Counted from the whole stretch's first letter, positions 36,692 to 49,720 are shown. The stretch is DNA of 60,993 nt, filler included, from Basidiobolus ranarum (GCA_040143965.1; 10 parts of 10 records of this genome joined end to end with filler, not necessarily neighbours in it); one strand, 5' to 3'. A program made the numbers and translations. Notes: generated by a model from the sequence alone, not told the origin.

Positions 36692-39600
36692 TATATAATG
36701 TGATCAGCTGTGCCTTTTTGGAATTGTAGTGACACCAAATAGGTATCTAACTAGAAGTACCAAGCCCTGGGTGCCTGCTTGATTCACTATAGCTATTTGT
36801 GCAGCAAACAGACCATATCAGGGTATTTTGGCTATACAAATTCATCAGGGGGCGCCAAACAGATCTCTTCTTCAAGATTACCTTCCAGCAAGCAGTTTTT
36901 ACATCCATTTGTAGTAATTCAAGGTTATGCATGGCTGACAGTGCAAGGATTGATCTAATGGAGCTAAATTTACCTACTGAATTGAAGGTTTCACCGAGAT
37001 CAACTCCTGTTGTCTACAAATAAGCTTTTTCAACTATTTGTGCTTTGTACCTTTCTCTTGCTCAATCAGCTTGTATTTTGATTTGGTAATCCCATTGCAG
37101 CCAATTAGCTTTCTTCCTGATAGTAGAGGTCTTAAGCACACATTTTGTTGGCCTGAAGTTTGGAAAATGCATCCCACTTTGTTTTTCAGTTGCCTGACTT
37201 GTTCCTCATTTTGATTGATCTTCTAGGTCCTGAATCAGCCTCTGCTGTCACTAGGGACAGAATTTCAGTTGAATTAGGCTCAGAAACAAATAGAGTTTCA
37301 GCAGACACTTCCTGAATTGAGCTGATTTTGTTTTTTAGATCAAAAACTCTGATTTGAGGTGAAAAATATGCTTTTTATTAAAAATAACATCTCTGAACTT
37401 AACTAACTTTTGATTTTTGTATCCAACATTTGGAGAGCCTTTGATTCAGAAGAGTAACCTACAGATATGCAGTTTCTGCTTTTGGGTTCCAATTTGGAGC
37501 AATTTTGAGCTGGAATCAATTAATATGCGGTGAAACCAAAGATCCTGATAAGCTCCACACAGAGTTTTGATCCATATAGGGCTCTGAATGGAGTAGATTC
37601 TTGTAGCAATCCTGTTGGGCATTGGTTTTTGATATAGACTGCAGTGGAGACTGATTCAGCCCAAATATTAGTAATCTAAGTCTTCCTCATAAAAAATAAT
37701 CTTGCCATCTCCACTACGGTCGTATTAACACATTCTCCAACTCCGTCTTGCTGTGGCAAGCAAGGGGCAGCAGTCTATCACTTAATTCCAAGTTTAGAAC
37801 AAAAACTAGCAAAATCATTTGAACAGTATTCTCCACCATTATCACTCCTTATTACCCTTATTTTTTGTGCTGATTCTTTCTCTACCATTGTTTTGTAGTT
37901 CTTGAATCTAGTTAAGACTTCAGATTCCATTTGAGAAAGATCATACATATAGATCTCATTTTATCATCAACAAATGTCTTTATGTATCTTTTAACACCTA
38001 ATGAGGCTTTTTTCATGAGCCCACATAGGTCCGAACAAATCAGGGCAAATTTCTTAGTGGATTTGATCTCTCTGGAGCTTGAAAACAATTTTGTGGGACT
38101 TCCGCCATATATATGTAACCTTCACACAGATCCAAATTAGTGAAATTTTCAATGTCTAAGCCTGAAGCAAGCTGATTTTGGACCATTTGGGTCAGTTTTT
38201 TCCCCAATGTGTCCTAATCTTCCAGACCATATTCAACAGCTCATTTTGCAGGTTTTAGCAAGGTTTGCATACCCAGAATGCAATTTGGTGATTTGCAGCT
38301 TGTCACAGTTTTGAGTTGTCATCCCTGTAGCTAATTTTGTATTATTACAGTATGTGATAAAGTATTAAGTTTTGCTGAACATAAAATCTAGTCCCTGAGC
38401 TGTTGCTTGGCCTACTGAGAGTAGATTCTTGGCTCTATTGTATGCTAAATATTGGTCTAAATGGAACATAAATGTGCCCTTACTAACTGCATCCAGTGCA
38501 TTGTCAGTGCCTGCGTGGTTTGACCTTGTTTGGTGGGTTTCAAGCTGGAATACCAATCTTTCTTGTTTGACATAAGCTAGGAAGCATCTTAAGCAATGTA
38601 CCATGTTTCTGAGTCTTCCTTATTGGCTACCAATAAGGCCAACATAACTAGATGATCCTTATTAGTGGTTACTTAATTTAAATGTTCCAATTTTAGCTTT
38701 TGCCAAATATTTGCTTTCTGTGATCTGTGACAAAGTGGCATGGTTGCTTGCAATACTTGTAGACAATCAATTGCTTATTAGAGGCACTGTTATTGAAGCC
38801 TGTTGAATGCTTTACAGCTGCAAAAAATGCCAGATCTGCATTGTTTTGTCAAGAACCAGATCTCTATATTTCCTCATTCAAAAGCCCAGCACCAACAATT
38901 ACAATTTCAATGGCTCTGATCTTGACCCTAGTTTGATAATCGGGTGTCCCACCTTTTCAGGCAGGTTCCCAAGCTGTGTCATGACCCCATCATCTTCATT
39001 TAAAGTCCCTTCAATTGAGGAGAGCTGATCTGCCATGGCTTTTATCAGATTTATGTAGTTGTCTATGGAACTAACATAATTGATCTGAAGTGAGAATCAT
39101 TTTCATCTGGTGAGCCACTTAGCCAGACTTTTAGTCTCATAGAGTCCTTCAAATGTTTCCCTAGCAGTTTGGTCATTTTGGTTGAGGGTATGCACCTTAA
39201 TTAAGAGTCTGTGAGAGGCAGATAAAGCTTAGAGGGTGCTTTGATCTGCCTCTTGTGAAAGGTAAGGATAGCCTTTGGTAATAACATTGTCACTATTGCT
39301 TCTCCTGTGACAAATCCTAAAGGCTCTGTCTTCTAGCACTATTTGCATCCCAAGATTCCATAGGTGAAAGTCTTTGCCATCAGGCTTCAGTGTGGATGCA
39401 AAAGATTGGTGATAATACCAGTAGATTTTCCTTTAACTGCTAGTTTGAGAATCATAACCTGATAATGGTGTTTAAGGGATTTGGAAGTGTTTTGGACAAG
39501 ATTTCAGAATGTGACTTAGAAACTTAAGTTTAATTGAATGGAATATTTCTGTATATAGTTTGCTAAAAAATACGACCATTGGACATGCTTAGATCATTAC

Positions 39601-39752
39601 AAACATACCTGTAAAGCATGTGTGAGGATTTGAGATGTTTTTGAGATGTTGGAGAAAATTGTCAAAAATGGTAAAATTGATCTAACCAATATTTAAGCAA
39701 TTAGAGTAATAAACACACGTTTTAAATGATAGGGTCAAGTGCATTATAACCA
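36692..39752 (-). mobile_element. Decayed Copia element B1: 5' LTR 39752-39460, PBS, gag-PR-INT-RT (partial)
   Basis: 293-bp LTR; PBS GGTTATGA; integrase NGGEY; RT QMDVKTA. Integrase precedes RT. Many stops and frameshifts. Confidence 0.93.
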
Positions 39753-42577
39753 GTAAATGAATGAACTAACTACTAAATAATGGGTTGTATTTATCTAATT
39801 TCCACAGCCATCTCCACAGAGGTCCTATTAGGATGTTCTGCAACTCTATTTTGCTGTGAAATACAAGGTACAGTAATTTCTTGATAATTTCCTGGTTTGA
39901 ACAAAAACTAACAAAGTCTTTATCTAGAGTCTGTGGCTTGTCACAGAAAGGTGCATAAACAGATGAATTGTCATTGAAAGTGTTCACCAGTTCCCTTATT
40001 GTTTCTATGTCTGAGTCAACTTCTGGTCTTGAATTATCCACTGACATAATTGGCACTAGAGTTCCAGATGAATAGGGCTCAGATAAAGCTGGAATTTTGT
40101 CAAACCCCTCCTGAATAGTGCTGATTGTGTTTTCTGGATCAAGGACTATGATTCAAGGTGAAAATTTTGAATTTTGTTAAATATCACATGAATGCACTTA
40201 ATGAACTTCTGAGTTTTGGTAACAAACAGTTTGTAGGCCTTAGATCCATCCCAATAACCAAGAAATATGCCTTTTTGGCTTTAGGGCTCCAATTTAGAGC
40301 AATTTTGAGCTGGATTTTGGCAATAAGCTCAGCATCTAACAATGCTGAGATGATCCACACTTGGTTTTGACCCATATAGAGCTTCAAGTGGAGTATAATT
40401 TGATAGCAATCTTGTGGGGAACTGTTTTTTCATATAGACTTCAGTGGAGACAGATTCATACCAGTATTGGTAATCAAACTTCTGATCATATAACAATGTT
40501 CTAGCCATCTCCACTGTGGTCCTATTATCACATTCTGCAGCTCATTTTGCTGTGGAGGATAATATACAGGAGTTTTTTGCTTAATTTGATGTATAGAACA
40601 AAATTAAAAGAGTCTTTAGAGCAATATTATCCACTATTTTCACTCCATTGTACCCTGGTTTTTTGTGCTGATTCTTTCTCTACCATTGCTTTTTAGTGCG
40701 CAAATATAGTTAAGGCTTCAAATTCGGATTTGAGAAAGAAGACACAAGTGAATCATGTTTTGCAATACTAAATGGTCATACAGCATCTTTTATCACATAG
40801 TGATACACCTTACATGAGCCCACATATGTCAGAATGAATTGTGGCAAAATTGTGAGTGGACATGATCTGTCCAGATGTTGAAAGCAGTTGTCTGCAATAC
40901 TTTCCATGTATTTTACCTTCACATTGAACCAATCTGATGATATTTCAATTTCTAAGCCTAAATTGGCATGTTTTAGATTATCAGGGTCATTTTTGATCCC
41001 CAATGGGGCCTATATCTTCTAAGCCATGTTTGATAGCCTATTTCACCAGTTTTGGATAGGTTTGAATGCTCAGAATATAATTTGTTGATTTACAGCTTGT
41101 ATCAGTTTGGAATATCTTGGTATTATTCTCATCTGTGATAGTAAATCCAGGCTTAGTGAACACTAACTCTATTTCTTGAGTAGTTGCTTGATTTACTGAG
41201 AGTAGATTTTTGCCTATGTTTGGTATATACAGTAAATCATCCAATTATGCAGAAGGTGTAGCTGAATTTAACTAGACATTGAGCACAACTGTGCCCTTAT
41301 CAGCTGCATCCAGTGCATAGTCATCTCCTAACTAGACTTTGCTTGTTTGAAGGGTTTCAAGCTGGAAAACCAATCTTTTTTGTGTAACATATGCTAGGAA
41401 GCTTCTCAATCAGTGTACCACAATCCAGAGTCTTCCTTTGTAGTTACTGAGGGGGGTAGATACAAGTTGGTGAAGCCTCTCAGTGCTTCCTTGATTTGCT
41501 TGTTCCATTTTGCATTTTGGCAAAAATCCTTTTTCTGCAATTTTTGATTATATGGCCTGTTTGCTTGTAAAACTGACAGATGATTGATGTTCTATTAGGG
41601 GCACCATTGTTGAGGCTGCTTGCATGTTTTACAGCTTCAAAAATTGCCTGATCTGCTTGATTTTGCTGCAAATTATGTCTCCTTAATTCCTCATTCAAAG
41701 GACTAGCAACTGCATATTCCATTGTTGTTGGCATGGATCATGTTTCCAGGGCAATCAAGAGGTTCACAAACTTGTTTGGCAGGTTCCCAAGTAGTGTTAT
41801 GACTAAGTCTTCTTCCTTTAGAGTTGCCCCAATGTGGCATTGCTGCTCTGCCATAGCTTTGATATCCTTTTTCGTGGTTAGCTATGGAATCATTAAAATT
41901 CATCTAACTTGAGTATATTTATCATCCAAGCTAAAGCCTAATAGCTGGAAATTTAGTCTAATAAAGTTCCTCAAGTACTTCCCAAATAATTAGGACATTT
42001 TTGGCTGAGTGTATATGCCTCAATTGAAAGTCTCTGAAAAGTAGACAAAGTGTACAGAGTGCTTTCCTCTGCTTTTTGTGAAAGGCAAGTGTAGCTTCAA
42101 GTAGTCCCTTTGGCTCTATATCTTTGCCTGTAACAAATCCCAAAGGTCCTTGCCTTCTAGCACCATTTGCATCTGGTACTACCAAAGGTGAAAATGTTCA
42201 TCTTTAAACTTCTCTGTTGATGCAACAATGTGGGTAATAGTACTAGCCAATATTGCCTTGATAGCTAACTTGGGGCTCATAACCTGATAAAAATGTTTAG
42301 GGAAGTTGGGAGTGTTTTGGACAAAATTTAGATTTGTGAAGACACTTAAGTTTTATTGAATTGAATAAGTCCTATTTAGAGTTTAATATGAAATAGGATT
42401 ATTGGACAAGCTTAGATCAGAACAAACATGCCTGTAGAGCAAGCATAAAATTTTGAGATTATTTGGAGCAGTTTTAAGAAAATAATGAAAATTGATAAAA
42501 GTCATTTATCTGAGATTTGTATCAATTAAAGCAAAAAACACATGTTTTGAATGGCAGAACTGAGCACTAAATAATCA
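39753..42577 (-). mobile_element. Decayed Copia element B2: 5' LTR 42577-42285, PBS, gag-PR-INT, interrupted by B1
   Basis: 293-bp LTR homologous to B1; PBS GGTTATGAGCCCCA; LYIPNIGKNLLSV, EMARTLL..YWYESVST. Confidence 0.93.
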
Positions 42578-42795
42578 GAGTATGGATAAACCAAGTAATG
42601 AGATGCTGTTTAACTAGTTTCTACAAGAGAAACAAAGTTCTTCAATCATTAAGATCAGCTCTGTTACTATCCCAGCAATTGTGCAAGTACAAAATNNNNN
42701 NNNNNNNNNNNNNNNNNNNNNNNNNNNNNNNNNNNNNNNTTAATTAATTAANNNNNNNNNNNNNNNNNNNNNNNNNNNNNNNNNNNNNNNNNNNN

Positions 42796-43509
42796 AATTG
42801 TCTTCTTAGAAACATCTTGTTGGCAGCAGAACTTGTTTGGTAGATGTCTTCCAAGGCTTTCCATACCTTCTTGGCAGTTTTAGCTCTTGAACATTGAATT
42901 AGCAATCTGTCTTTAACATTGAGACAACTTGCGTTAAAGACACTTTGTTCTTGTTCAACCTGGAGTAAAACTTTGGTTTCAGATAGTTTTGCATTCTTTT
43001 CTTCTGCTACAATGGTGCCCCAAAGTTCTTAATTTGCATCAGCATTTTCATTTTAATTTTTCAAATTTGATAATAGTTTCTATCCATTTTTCAGAAGAGG
43101 GAAAAGTTCATTATTTTAAGAAGTAGACATTACAGAGAGTGCAAGTTTGGGGTTCATAATCTGTTGAAGTATTTGGGAGCCTGTTAGAAGTGGTTTGGAG
43201 AATTAGAAAAATTGGTGGTTTTAACTCATTGATTAATTGAGTAGAAAGTTGACATTAATAGTTCTGTAAAAATGTTAACAAACAAGCATGTAGGATGTGT
43301 TAAGAAAAGTCCTAGGAACATGTGTGCAAAGGTTGGGGCTTCTAGCACTAGTTTGAAAAATCTATATATCTGAGAACTTCTAAGTTGGTAAAAGTATTCC
43401 AAGTAAATTCCAATTGAGCATAATGGATAATATATTAGTGAATTATCAGATAACTAAGTACTAAGCTATATATGACTACATTGGTGTTTAGGCGATGCTA
43501 GTTTCAATG
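42796..43509 (-). mobile_element. Copia family A 5' end: LTR 43509-43162, PBS, decayed gag
   Basis: PBS-like GATTATGAACCCC; gag fragment AKTAKKVWKALEDIYQTSSAANKMFLRRQ. Confidence 0.9.
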
Positions 43510-43907
43510 TTAAGGAGTATTAATAAGTGTAGAATATCTCTATTTGACATGTGGCTATGGTCTTGCATCTTGAATTATTTGTTTTTACTGCTACCTCTTT
43601 ATCAAATTTATCTTGTAAATTCTCTTAGGAGATATTTACATAGACTACAAATGCATCCCAAGGTATAAATAGTCCCAAGTGCTTCTTAGTTACACTTTGC
43701 TATCCGTTGAATTCTCAATATGAAACTGTGCTTGTTCAAAATGACAATGACAGTCAATCTCTGAGACACGATGCCATTATCAATCAGTTGTACGGAAATG
43801 GATGAGGATTGTTATATTTAGTAGATAATGTAATCAGTAATACTTTTATTATTAACAAGTACTATTTCGAAAAAATGGTTACAAATGGCTGATTACAAAA
43901 GAATAAT

Positions 43908-44920
43908 TTAACCCATCAACTCATTTTTCTCTACCCATCCTTTTTAATATTGTTTAGTATGTTCTCCGTGTTCCTAACAATTTTTGTATGAAAAAAGGAC
44001 AAAATGCAAAGACTACATAAATGTAAAGTTAGTACCTTTAAAATTATTTACATTCTTTTTTGGTTCAATTCTTTAGCAAAATGATGAACATGGCAGCTTG
44101 AACACATGGCCTTCTGGTCACATATACATCTTTTTGAAACTCGTTCAGGTTTCAATCCCCGCTGTACACAAAACTTGCAAGTCTGTCTCATGCGCTTTCA
44201 AGACCCAGCAAGGACCACATAAGCATGCGCTCCTTTTGCGTATCTACTTCTAGTATATATTGGGCCTGCTTCGGTTGGCTGAAAATTGTTCTTCATGTTT
44301 TTTACTTTCTCAAGCAAAGAAAATCCTAGCCTGCTTTTAAATTCGGAATGGACAAGTTCATCTTGATTGCTCCCCCAGATCTTAAAATAACTTCTCAACG
44401 GTAAGTTTTCATGACATCATGAAACGATATCATATTGTCTCTGCGATTGTTATTGGCATCCACACTGCCTATGATGTGAAAGAAGAATGAATTTTGATGC
44501 ATAAATTCGTCAGGAAAAGTATATTCTTTAGAACGTCTTACTTTTGTGTGTTTCGTACTCATGAAATACTTGAGTGGGGAAAACCTCAAGAGGTTGGCCA
44601 TTACGACCTTTGTATTGTTTTGGCGTAGTACTGCAAGAAGATGATAAAACTTTCGCTTTTTTATCTCTATGATCTTGCCATCAGGGCCATTATTGGTGGC
44701 GATGACGGTTCTTTGAAGCGAAGGCCAGGAGTGTTAAAATCGTACTTTGCTAGTAAGAGTTCACATGCTCCACTGTGCCTCAAATAGTGATAAGGAACAG
44801 AAATGCGTGTATCAGTTGTAATGTTTTTACTAGCCCTAGGCATTTCGGAAGATGAATATTTTTTGAAGAGGTTGTTTGTAAGGTCAAAATTATCGAGAAT
44901 GGATGTAATGAATTGTTTCA
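43908..44920 (-). mobile_element. piggyBac-like transposon relic (transposase C-terminal half, pseudogenised)
   Basis: Spliced QVFHEYETHKS|SVDANNNRRD..KTYR* resembles the third catalytic-Asp region. C-terminal CKFC..CIC..CSSC..H Cys-rich domain. TTAA-CCC at 43908-43914. Confidence 0.7.
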
Positions 44921-45193
44921 AAAAAAGGAATGGTAATAATGTTGAAGGTTTATTCTGTCTCTTAAGTTTATTTTGGCCGATGTAAAGTCAAAAACTACAG
45001 AGGTTTTGGATAGAACGTGGCCGTCCATTTGTGGCTGATTTAAATAGTACTTGTTAATAATGATACAATATTTGCTTATCAATTAACACGGCATGAAGAT
45101 ACCAGAGTATAAATGGGTGACAGAGCGATATGGCAAAAGTGCTATATTTGCAAGTAAGTAAAGAGAGGTTATATAGAATATCAATTACGCGAA

Positions 45194-47232
45194 TTAACAT
45201 TGTGTATCTTCCGTGCAAATAACTCCTTCCTCATATTGCCACCGGCCCGAGTTGTCAAGAGTGCGCTTACGAATTCCAATATGACATTCCTTCATCCAAA
45301 AGGCCATTCCAATGTCGAAAATTGTTTTGGTGTACTGAGGAGCTCGTGCAGCATACTTCTTAGTCACAATTTGATCTAAAGCTTTCTCCACACTCTCATT
45401 TAGCATTTGTTTAAGTACTATAGGGCGAGGATTGGCTTTTTCGCTTTGGATTGATTTGAATTCAAATATCAGCATGGTATCGTGTTGAGGATGGCCCGGG
45501 ACGACTAAGAGGTCTGACCTACCACGACCGGATTCTATGTTCGATTCTACTCCATATCCTTCTGAGCGAAAGAAGATACACATCCCAAGAACAAACATAT
45601 GGTATATATTCTCACTTGATCCACGAGTAGTATCGTGGAACGAAACGCTGGCAATAAATAGGTTCGGAAATTCGTTACAGAACTTCGTTGCATTCCCGTT
45701 AATTAGCGAGGTAAGAAGGGAGAGTGTCGCAGGTCGATCATTGGCCAAGATAGAGGACAATATCCACGACTGCCATTCATTGAAAACTTCTTTATTTGGG
45801 ATGACCAGACACCCGTAGCTATTGGTAGTAAGATATCCGGCGTAGAATAGAAGAGTAAAAAGGGCTTGATCTCTCTCAATTCCATCATCTATATCGGAAT
45901 ATGTTAAATTGTCCAATATCGTCTCCTTCACTCCAGATTCTGGGTCATCAACAGCATGATGAAATGACCTTATCAGGCGAGAGACCTTGTTTTTGAAGGT
46001 GATCGTTGAATTCCAGAGATACTGACGAAGTGTAACCGTGGAGCCAGTCCGAGTCCAATAAGATTCAAATTTTCCATATTGCATGAGCCGCATAATGGAC
46101 ACAGGATTGTATAGATATGATCCACTTCCAGTAAAGTATCCATTATACCACTCAGCCACGGACTGCAAATCTCCAGCGCGTTGAGACCTCCGAAGTACCT
46201 CCCGCACCTCATTCTCAGTAAACCCAAACTTATCCTCATACAAGATAAGTGAGTCTTGTTGTGATGATTGGCGATATAGAGGATAGATGATGAGGTTATT
46301 TAACCCAGAAAGAAATCCAGATTGTCCAATCCGCAAAACACCAGCAAAAAGTATTTTAAAAATATCGGGGTTATCCTATATTACCATTCCAGTAGTAAAT
46401 AAGTTTGTTCACGAATTAAGTCTGATGGAATTCTTAAAAGTACTAACTTTAGCCAATAGAGAAAACATGTGACTAAAAAATGAATTGGCTTCGAAGTAGA
46501 AGCCTCTACTATACGAATGCTCCATGGGCCAATCGTACTCATCAATTAAAACAATACATTGTTTGCCATGATATTGTACAAGAGAGTGCACTAGGAACTC
46601 TAAAGAGGTCAGTAATAAGCCCTTGCCAGCTTGGCCTATGCGTAGTAGCTGAAAAATATGTTGATCTTCGGGTGAAAGATGCTCTTTAAGATATTGGTGC
46701 TGGCGGAAAAGGCGGACAATAGTTGCACTGATAGAATCTAGCATACATTCCCAGTTAACGTCATCCAGATCCTAGAAGAATATTGATTAACATAAGTAAC
46801 GAATAATCTGATAAAATACGTTTACCTTTAACGATATGCGAACGACAGTATATTTTGCAAAGTGTTCATTCCAAAAGTCAACTTGCTCGTAAATCAAAAG
46901 ATCTTTAAAAAGTGCAATCCTTTCATCCAAATTTTCCTCAGGTCGAGGTACTCTGAAGAAGCTTTCTAGCATAGAGAGGTTTGTAGTTTTACCAAATCGG
47001 CGCGGGCGAAGAATAAGAGTAGTATGAGAGGTATCCCGGATGAAATCAGAGCAGAGGAGAGATTTATCAATAAAAGTAAAATTCCGGTCACGATACGAAT
47101 TGAATATATCGAGGCTAACGGGAAATTCACTGCTACTACCAACAACGCGAGGAGGATCTATTTAAGATGGAAAAATTGAGAAATTAGCATTCAAGAGGAC
47201 AGTGAATGTATTTAAATGTGCATACAAATCAT
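45194..47232 (-). CDS. AAA-ATPase-like + PD-(D/E)XK nuclease protein, 4 exons, ~614 aa
   Basis: Exons 47232-47226, 47157-46826, 46771-46448 and 46375-45194 are in frame. RPRRFGKT, IDEYD, SGLNN, WYNGY, YNP, ESGRGRSD..IFEFK. First micro-exon less certain. Confidence 0.9.
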
Positions 47233-48135
47233 GTTCGATTGTTACTTGTGTGTGAAGTTAACTAATCAAAAGAAAACGAGTTCAAATGCTATTGCCTGAA
47301 AAATACTATAACTGAGATGGCAGCATTGGTTAAGTTTAAAAACAATGCGCGATGCAGTATATAAAGAAAATTCGCTGTGGCGCAGCCATTTAGGACTCAA
47401 AATTCCCACTATTGGATTAGTGATTAAATATCATATATTTCTTTAAATGTGGATTGTACAATCATGATTCACTTATATTCAAATACAGTTAGAATTACAA
47501 CACTCGTTGTTAGCATAAAGTAATCTACTTTCTATTTAGAACTCTTTACTGCATTCATGGTAGTTTCAGAACACTAAAGCCGCAGTAATAAGTATGTAAC
47601 ACTTTTAATCAAATAACTTGTGATGGATATTGTTGGATTTGAGTAGAGTTATTTGTAAAAAGATCAATCAATTTATTAACAAGTGCATGCAATATATATA
47701 CAATTATTGAGCAACTCAGCTACTACATAGCACATTTACACTTAATTCAATTTGCATGTAATTAGTCATAATTCATTCTTTTGAACGTAATCTAAGTTGA
47801 CCAATTTCCTAACGGATATTTGAACATATTTCAAGAGCAGTTTAATTAATTCTTGACCCAATTTGTAGAATTTTACTAATTGATATTCATCACATGTGAG
47901 AAATCTTAAAAGTAAACAGAGCTTGTAAAGTGGGAAATTTTGTTATGGCATACCAGAATCAGCTGAAAGAAGGATTATTCTTTCCATATGAAGTATGAAG
48001 AAAGTTTTTCAAGAATTTAAGTACTTATTAGCAAGGAGATTCTACCTCATGGTTTAGAAATATGCCTTGGCAATGAGGTGGTAAAGAACTACTCATTAGA
48101 TATTAAAGTTGTTGAAATTATTCAGGGAGAAATAT

Positions 48136-48208
48136 TGGTCTGGCTGGGGTTTGAACCTGGGACCTCCTTCACTCTAGCAAGGTACTCTAACCACTGAGCT
48201 ACCAGTCC
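48136..48208 (-). pseudogene. tRNA pseudogene or tRNA-derived SINE head (apparent anticodon AGA)
   Basis: GGACTGG-TAGCTCAGTGGTTAGAGT-CCTTG CTAGAGT GAAGG-AGGTC-CCAGGTTCAAACCCCAG-CCAGACCA. A and B boxes present; mismatches in acceptor, anticodon and T stems. Confidence 0.75.
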
Positions 48209-49197
48209 TTGTATGCTATGCCTATATTGCTAGGGAACCTTAACCTAGTCTGTCAATGTATGGTACTTTGGCATTTTGGCTATACAAGCAACTGATTGGC
48301 CTTAGACTTTGTGTTCAGATGCAGTCACCATACTCCATGTTTTCCTCTTTTGGAATTACTGCTTGTACCACAAGTCACCAGACTTTCAACAGTATGTGTG
48401 TATGTAGAGACTAAACACAACAAGATTCCTGTATTTTTTGATTCTCATTATGGCTGGAATACAAAGCCAAAAATATCTAAATAAAGGCATGCATATTAAT
48501 TCAAATTCCTACAGCAGTAAACCCAGTAATTTGCCATTTGAAAATGGGATTTTTGCAAAAATTGCCAGATATTAAATAACACATGCCAATTATGAGGATC
48601 AATATTTTAACATGTATGATTACCATCAAAATACCATCATGAAACTACTGTCACACCATCACAATCCCTGGCAGAAAGCAAGCCACCAATATTGTGATGA
48701 TTCTCTGACAGTTATGTGATTTAGGAGGTTGGATCCAATCTGGATTAAATTAACTTTATTTTTGTTAGGGATATGCAAACTACAGAGAAGTTTATATNNN
48801 NNNNNNNNNNNNNNNNNNNNNNNNNNNNNNNNNNNNNNNNNTTAATTAATTAANNNNNNNNNNNNNNNNNNNNNNNNNNNNNNNNNNNNNNNNNNNNATG
48901 ATTGGTGAACCGTTTGGTTTGGATGTGCCAAAGTCTCTAGGAGTCACCTGAAAGCTGCCCTATGTAGATCAAGGTCTATGGAAGATGATGAGGCCCTGGA
49001 AATTGCATCTTCATTTACATTTTGTATGCTTGGAGCGGATTCATTGGATGGCATCATGCAATGTAGAGAAAGGAACTATTGGCTCACAGCTTCTCAGCCT
49101 TAGTTACAGAAAATATAGCCAACAGTAAGCTCATATAAAGCTTAATTGTTGCATGCAAGCTTGATCATATGACCTCGATAGAAAGAAACACCCGATG

Positions 49198-49720
49198 CGG
49201 CCAGAAAATAGGCACCGTTCTTTGATTGACAAGGAGCGAAGGAATAATCTAAACGTCAAATCGTAATATTTATGTAGACGCGAGCTAACTTTCAACTAGC
49301 TCTGCGTCAACCTCACGCGCACTCTCCCAGTGGACTCTACAATATGGTCTACATTCGTAGAATTCTTCACATTCGAGCTATTGGCATATCGTCCACATCC
49401 GCTCTTACTAGGGCCAACCCACTGGTAGCTATGGAGTGAACCCTTTGTGGAAAGGCAGAAACAGCGCAAGGAGTGTGTTCACTAAATCAGCAAAGATCAT
49501 TCCAGTGAGAACCACAAGTGAGACTGACTCAGAATAATCTACCTGCCTACGTCGTTTAACCCTGGGCCGAAGCAAGAGCAGGGCACAGCTGGTGATCCAT
49601 AGAACAGGAGCTTCTGCTGATCAATTGGTATAGTATCTCAATTAGGCAAGGGAGCCGCTCAATGAATCAAGGATCCGCGAGGCCCCCTTGCGAAGTTCCT
49701 TTTCTAGTTAGGCACCTCAA
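49198..49720 (+). ncRNA. Putative large structured non-coding region, identity unknown
   Basis: Dense hairpins with G-U pairs on the + strand; GC-richer than flanks; no ORF of 60 aa or more. Confidence 0.3.

Noticed and set aside
44755-44795. HYLRHSGACELL resembles a tyrosine recombinase HxLRH box
   Set aside because: No other recombinase motifs; the downstream sequence fits a piggyBac transposase.
46806-46815. Single ATCTGATAA in an intron of the ATPase-nuclease gene
   Set aside because: Isolated site, expected by chance in AT-rich DNA.
48136-48208. Functional tRNA-Ser or evidence of codon reassignment
   Set aside because: Mismatches in three stems and TTCAAA decay indicate a non-functional copy.
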